In this document: piece by piece, positions 62,301 through 64,000 of the stretch
Numbering within the stretch: the stretch's first letter is position 1
Layout of the letters: each line of letters begins with the position of its first letter
DNA from: an uncultured Phycisphaeraceae bacterium
Lineage (GTDB): Bacteria; Planctomycetota; Phycisphaerae; Phycisphaerales; UBA1924
Direction of reading: 5' to 3'
NCBI GenBank assembly: GCA_964531675.1
Contig: CAZHFW010000007.1
Span: 6,754-70,753 of the forward strand
Length of the DNA: 64,000 nt
Made by a program: the position numbers and the translations under genes
The notes under the pieces: generated by a model
What the model was told of the DNA's origin: nothing
What the model saw: only the letters and a program-made list of their open reading frames with translations
Database searches by the model: none

Positions 62301-64000
62301 AACGGTGCGTCGCTCACGCTACTCTCGGCGGGCCTGACGACCTTCAACGCGCCCACGAGTCTGGCTTCGGGTGTCTTCGCGGCGGGTCCGGTGCGGATCG
62401 CGGGCAACATGACGATCACCGGGGCCGATGCGCCCACGACCTTCAACAACTCGGTCGAGCTGGCGGGCGTCGGGCTTGAGTCCGCTGGCGATATCACGCT
62501 CGGCTTCTCCAGCGTCCACACGCTCAATCCCTCCGGCGATTCGACGGTCCGCAGCACGGGCGGAAATGTGCGCGTCCCGGCCCTCATCGACGGGCCCGGA
62601 GCGCTCACGCTCAAGGCCAACCTCGGCGCGGTCACGCTCGAGCAGGCGCTCGGATCAAACGTCGCGCCGGCATCGCTGAACGTCTCCGCGAGCCAGATCG
62701 CGATGCAGGGTGCTCGCACCGTGGGGTTCATGCTCATCCAGGGGCCCACGACCCTCAACGGCAATCTGACCACCTCGGGCGCGCCGATCACGATCAACCA
62801 GCCCGTCATTCTGGCGACGGACGTCACCATCGATTCCACCGCGGGCGGGGCTGCCTCGGGCGCGAGCATCACGATCGCGGGCAGTGTCGATTCCGACGCG
62901 GTCGCGCCGCGTGGACTCTCGGTGGTCGCGGGATCGGGCGTTGGCGATCTGCAGCAGGGCGTGGGCCAGGGCCGGGCGCTTTCGGGTCTCACGGTGGCCG
63001 CGAGTTCCTACGACCTCCCGGCGGTACGCACGACCGGGCCGCAGTCCCACCTGGGCGTCAAGAGGCTCCACGGCGATCTGTCGGTCATCAACGCGGGTTC
63101 GATCACGCTCGGCGACACGACGACCCTGGTCTCGAACGTCGCGTTGATCACGCCTGGAGCCGCGACGGATCTGGTGCGGGTCACCGGCACGCTGGACGAT
63201 TCCGCGGTCGGCGTCCATACGTTGAGCGTGAACGCCGGGGCGAGCCAGGCGCTGTTCGAGGGCAACGTCGGCACGATCACCGCGCCGCGCAACGTGTCCG
63301 TGGTCGCGGGCGTCACGCAGTTCAATAAGCTCACGCAGACCGATTCGTTCAACATCACGGGCCCGGTGTCGATCCTGGATGACATGACGAGTCTGGCCGG
63401 GGACATGACCTTCGGCGCCCCGGTCACGATCGCCAGGGATCTGACGCTCAAGGCTCAGAACATCACCTTCAACGACATCGTGAGCGGCGATTCGGGCCCG
63501 ATTCTGCACGACGTCGTGCTGGATGCGCCGGGTCTCACGAGCCTCAACGCGGACTTCGGCGCGCTGCGCCCCTTCCAGAGTGTCCGCATGATCGGCGGCG
63601 GCTCGACCCGGATCGCGGGATCACGCGTCACCGCGGTCGGCGAGCAGACGTACGACGAGCCTGTGGTCCTGGCGGCCGACACGCACATCGCGGGGTCTTC
63701 GCTGCGGTTCAACAGCACCATCGACTCCGATGGCACGCCCCGGAGTCTGAATCTGGACACGGATCAGGCCGGAACCGCGACGCTCGGCGGCAACATCGGG
63801 AGCATTTCCAAACTCGCGTCGCTCCGGATCGGGGCCGCGCCGCTCTCGGCGCCCGGCCGCTTCACGAGCCTGGGCAATCCGCTGGAGAACAACGCGGGGA
63901 CCATCCTCGGCGGCAATGTGTCGACCACCGGGGACATCACCATCGGCGGGCCGCTCACGCTGACGAGCGACGCGGTGGTGCGTTCGGACAATGGCGATGT
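53397..64000 (+). CDS. Giant TpsA exoprotein (filamentous-haemagglutinin-like beta-helix), more than 3,534 aa, 3' end outside the window
   Basis: It is not in the ORF track because the frame has no stop inside the window. The GTG at 53397 is preceded by GGAGGAG (53383-53389), and an in-frame TGA lies at 53367. Extended signal: KPASSKLFRKK...LLAAIGRPALA. TPS domain: GSLTTITASDNAIINYKSFDIRSGEAVRFVQPSSRSRVLNRI...IDGSLSSNGIVYLLNPSGVLFG. This is followed by GGKVEVLGSTVKLEGANIDVSGRDGGGSVRVGGDLQG...GDGGSVVLWSD...GGDGGFAEISSK...GTLLLDPTNVQI. I hand-translated the frame at about 53.4-54.9, 55.5, 59.6-60.4 and 63.96 kb, and it was open each time. Confidence 0.85.
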   Translation, partial: MKPASSKLFRKKPHGSERASDRAPVRVRRASELVAAAGLLAAIGRPALAGPEGAQVSHGSASFARSGSLTTITASDNAIINYKSFDIRSGEAVRFVQPSSRSRVLNRIESPVPTRIDGSLSSNGIVYLLNPSGVLFGNGAKIDVAGITAAAARMSDSDFIKGFDRFTDVSGAVINQGSIKSGSTVNLIGNYVANSGTIEAKDAVVMAVGDEVLVAENPLSGTYVRVSAKPPAEEAGPRTDKPAGKPRPSLAAGDLFSLAISQTGTVKSAHVRAESARAGRVQIAGKIDASSATGKGGKVEVLGSTVKLEGANIDVSGRDGGGSVRVGGDLQGKGELRHAGVTTADAATSIKADATARGDGGSVVLWSDQLTSSRATISAQGGSQGGDGGFAEISSKSTLDFSVGPADLRAARGRQGTLLLDPTNVQIIDGVAGSGDQDNVLFVNSGFLSAGAADTAFNTVSWGQIASLSGPTSNIIIQATNQITFGNITGATPGVTSADGTAAVGRLTGQTLRFEAQGGSISFADSSDRVLVTGGGTLELIAGTSISAARLESTTGTIKLTSGTTMSLRSMVADSIVLSAGNSTPGSAVSQAAPFSTTNLTLLGSADYQFGAQANNLVTLAGSFTGTGAQVSIQDLSGFSVGTVGAVSGLSIGTAATNRFLLQTDGAVTQTDPIVAGQFRVLGNGSVSFTSAGNDFGTIAGLLTGASSSIFIRDDNGLVVGNAGGIPGVGIGTLAANILSIQSDGPITQTHALVCGSLRFTGAGSATFGTLNNETVTLAAKLTGPSSSLTFRDDNGFAVGTISGTAGVDVGTGASNTLSIQSNSGVTQSQPIIAGNLRLLGSGAFSLLGQSNNTDVLAASLTGTSTVLEFRDDTGFSIGSVLGTNGVSVASDPSNRISFQSGSLVSQTQPLSASSLRMLGTGSYDFSNAGNALSVIAGSLSSPTSFITVRSTGGITVGTVSTTSGVNIGSTAANQLRLISDVSMLQTTPIVAGVLELTGAGSATLINPANDVATFAANLSGGSSTLAYADTNNFSIGVGPTVSGITLPTGSGNILLIGSAGTTTQTAPIVSGPFVMVGGGSLVLDTQNNSVSSLAIGMTGANSSVSFRQDSGISIDSALGIFGASTFTGANNTLTFRSDGVITQSQPVVTTGLRLLGAGLANLTSGGNRITTLAASMTGATSALAYSQVNPIVIGAVGGTSGVNIGTGAGNLFLLTSSGAITQTQPVVAGAITLSGSGSATLTNAGNTFSGLTFASLGGPSTIFTNPASGQLLVNTSSVGGTASITSAGDLRVGGVFTTGTSLSLQAGSDGSGNLTFAAGSGLRADTIALRAGDGPGGASAATIDAGTNAPTIANGAGTANPTSLSLRADGAIDSAQIPAAAQFNAGNTTGLTYTILSDQGAVTVADGTKLAAAVLSINGSAVNISDNVSVRSFTTSSPVVLSGNTELASTQANLTLGSTLAIGSGNVTLTSDEVDLGGNVSGAGSLTIRPFTSSVGVALGGTETPGRLDLTAAELARLQAGLAALTLGNSSGTGTLLTLSDTSFKAPTTFRGPGGITLSANVRSQGFKLTFANPVRLTIDTQVASNDNGVLTGADIEFLDTIDAQAAGVQALAIFPGSTGVARLGGPAFDKPVGGLAAIKSMSISGGGLAIGAVSSTGFQDYIGPADVRGNLTSQFSSIRLASPVTTTGSRIFSAATTYAHQSGLTAGGNLSISAGSDATFGGTTAVTGSLSAIVTGNLTATGATTSTGTMSLTSGGNIAVTSLGAGSSLGVTSVGSTTATGNATSTGTININAGTTLAMAGVNAGTGLTAQATGSATFSGPVAAGTFGNIDAASILASGTVSSGTTLSLSGDTTVQVNQGVTTGGTTSITAPTSATFAAINSGGSLTFNSGVTSVSGAIQSTGPIQFTVSSLSTAGITGQSSLVANATGPITIGGNTTLTGTGALTAGSTITLAGFAAGPGLTMAAPGLVRFNGAVSSTGALGANVGSLVANSTIGSGTTLGITSAGAVDLNGAVNAGSTLNISGTSIDAAGTLSSVGSTTLDSSGRMSLAAINAGAATSLTAVGPISYTSLTSGGNLAASGAGIIGTLTTNVTGAATMNSTAALSLGGAFSSTGLASLTSGTNMSLASVTSGGTTGLSAGGTLSYASVQSAGNLNATGVGITGTSTTNVTGGSATIHSTAGLTLGGGLSASTGATLTSTGAMTLTSVNSGGATGLTAGGTLSYTSLISGGNLNASGAGITGTSTTNVTAGSATMNSSAGLTLGGALTTTGTTSLTSAGPMSLASVNSGGATGLAAGGALSYTSLTSGGNLNASGAGITGTGATNLTGSATYNSGAALSLAGDLAASGPVSLTSTLGATLAGVSAGSGFNATTGGFSAGAITTTGPATIDSGAGVTLTGTLSAGGAVTIASDGSSSLRAITTPSSIALNSGNDLTLLGALNSGSTISALANGAVAIGASAKAPTSISFRSGEDGTGDLTFTAGGLTIDTPTLTLRAGDGPGGVKTAFVNALAGSPSFRGFAGAGTSPTSFTHQQDASIVDAQTAAGSQFAGGLGSVQYRLISDDGSITIADPSKFLGTDLTVRSAAGFSAVPFAPAKLTIEGPLSSGNQTIDIGAGTLTLSDALTLGASDLTIYADEINILAPISGSGTLTLGPGTLARPVLLAGATDSGSGRLDLTAGELDFLLDGFAAIVVGRSNSTGTLGFAAPRTFSDPMVFRAAGVITADRALTGIGDGAFRFESTQPVRLGTTITTQGQDVAFAAPVRLTGDTSLSVNGGDVGFDQALDAVSDGVGNLQISTGSGQTAFLAPVGSTFRPNSINVPGEVNAGSMRVVDGLTLGDLSLNANAVYAGRTLTFASVRAPGSSSSFRATPTGAGASVNFPGGIGAPGQTPTSITVDAGGTAQLFGAIRAGGPVLFSSPANFHDGTSIDASNAAVTFAQALTGEGNLTVNAGTGPTNFQGVTTTNPNGASLTLLSAGLTTFNAPTSLASGVFAAGPVRIAGNMTITGADAPTTFNNSVELAGVGLESAGDITLGFSSVHTLNPSGDSTVRSTGGNVRVPALIDGPGALTLKANLGAVTLEQALGSNVAPASLNVSASQIAMQGARTVGFMLIQGPTTLNGNLTTSGAPITINQPVILATDVTIDSTAGGAASGASITIAGSVDSDAVAPRGLSVVAGSGVGDLQQGVGQGRALSGLTVAASSYDLPAVRTTGPQSHLGVKRLHGDLSVINAGSITLGDTTTLVSNVALITPGAATDLVRVTGTLDDSAVGVHTLSVNAGASQALFEGNVGTITAPRNVSVVAGVTQFNKLTQTDSFNITGPVSILDDMTSLAGDMTFGAPVTIARDLTLKAQNITFNDIVSGDSGPILHDVVLDAPGLTSLNADFGALRPFQSVRMIGGGSTRIAGSRVTAVGEQTYDEPVVLAADTHIAGSSLRFNSTIDSDGTPRSLNLDTDQAGTATLGGNIGSISKLASLRIGAAPLSAPGRFTSLGNPLENNAGTILGGNVSTTGDITIGGPLTLTSDAVVRSDNGD
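55200..57200 (+). repeat. About 8 degenerate tandem 79-aa (237-bp) beta-helix units inside tpsA
   Basis: The motif [FL]-x-[FI]-R-D-D-x-G-[FL]-x-[VI]-G recurs in frame at 55530, 55767 and 56004 (spacing 237 bp). It continues in degenerate form (FRQDSG, AYADTNN, AYSQVNP). Boundaries are approximate. Confidence 0.6.
59604..60440 (+). repeat. About 3.6 tandem, closely similar 77-78-aa (231-234-bp) repeats inside tpsA
   Basis: Units start with S-Y-[TA]-S-[LV]-x-S-[GA]-G-N-L-[AN]-A-[ST]-G-x-G-I at 59604, 59835, 60069 and 60303, all in frame. The DNA similarity is obvious by eye. Confidence 0.7.

Noticed and set aside
1-64000. A search for tRNA, rRNA, mobile elements, integrases, prophage genes, or toxin-antitoxin or restriction-type defence genes.
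   Set aside because: The intergenic regions are short and none showed cloverleaf-like tRNA structure or rRNA-like sequence by eye. No translation resembled a transposase, integrase, phage structural protein or known defence protein. Absence is based on manual inspection only.

Overview
This is a high-GC bacterial chromosomal window with strong GC3 bias. All calls come from reading the translations by eye; no searches were run. The PEP-CTERM tail, kinase-FGE fusion and dockerin-like tails suggest a PVC/Planctomycetota-like origin, at low confidence. The high GC produces many long Arg/Pro/Gly-rich antisense shadow ORFs, which I rejected. I saw no rRNA, tRNA, CRISPR array, transposase or integrase.

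Gene content from left to right:
- 1-11.7 kb: partial comM/yifB, then secreted hydrolases: a CBM20-esterase, an M1 peptidase, and two S8 peptidases, one with a PEP-CTERM tail.
- 11.9-14.2 kb: a MarR / flavodoxin-like quinone reductase / YceI stress operon.
- 14.3-17.8 kb: a membrane protein, an MBL-fold hydrolase and an FHA-GAF-PP2C phosphatase.
- 17.9-26.4 kb: a DevBCA/MacAB-type efflux locus with an outer-membrane factor, three tandem DevC-like permease paralogues and two TetR repressors.
- 27.0-29.0 kb: LPS heptose genes.
- 29.2-31.2 kb: a receiver plus GAF-HD-GYP pair.
- 31.3-37.8 kb: a NeuC-NeuB-NeuA nonulosonic-acid cluster with a 1209-aa Maf-like fusion protein.
- 37.9-40.1 kb: a small membrane protein, a SPOR-like protein and flgM.

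The most interesting region is 40.2-64.0 kb, a co-directional block of seven genes:
1. a pseudokinase-TM-FGE protein (PpkA/TagR-like)
2. a small helical protein of unknown function
3. TssL/DotU
4. TssM/IcmF
5. TagF
6. TpsB, whose start overlaps the tagF stop in an ATGA
7. a TpsA exoprotein of more than 3,500 aa that runs off the window.

The TpsA reading frame is missing from the supplied ORF track because it has no stop codon inside the window. No T6SS sheath, tube, spike or baseplate gene is visible anywhere in the 64 kb. I therefore propose a T6SS-type membrane-complex and regulatory module repurposed for, or coupled to, a two-partner (type Vb) secretion system.
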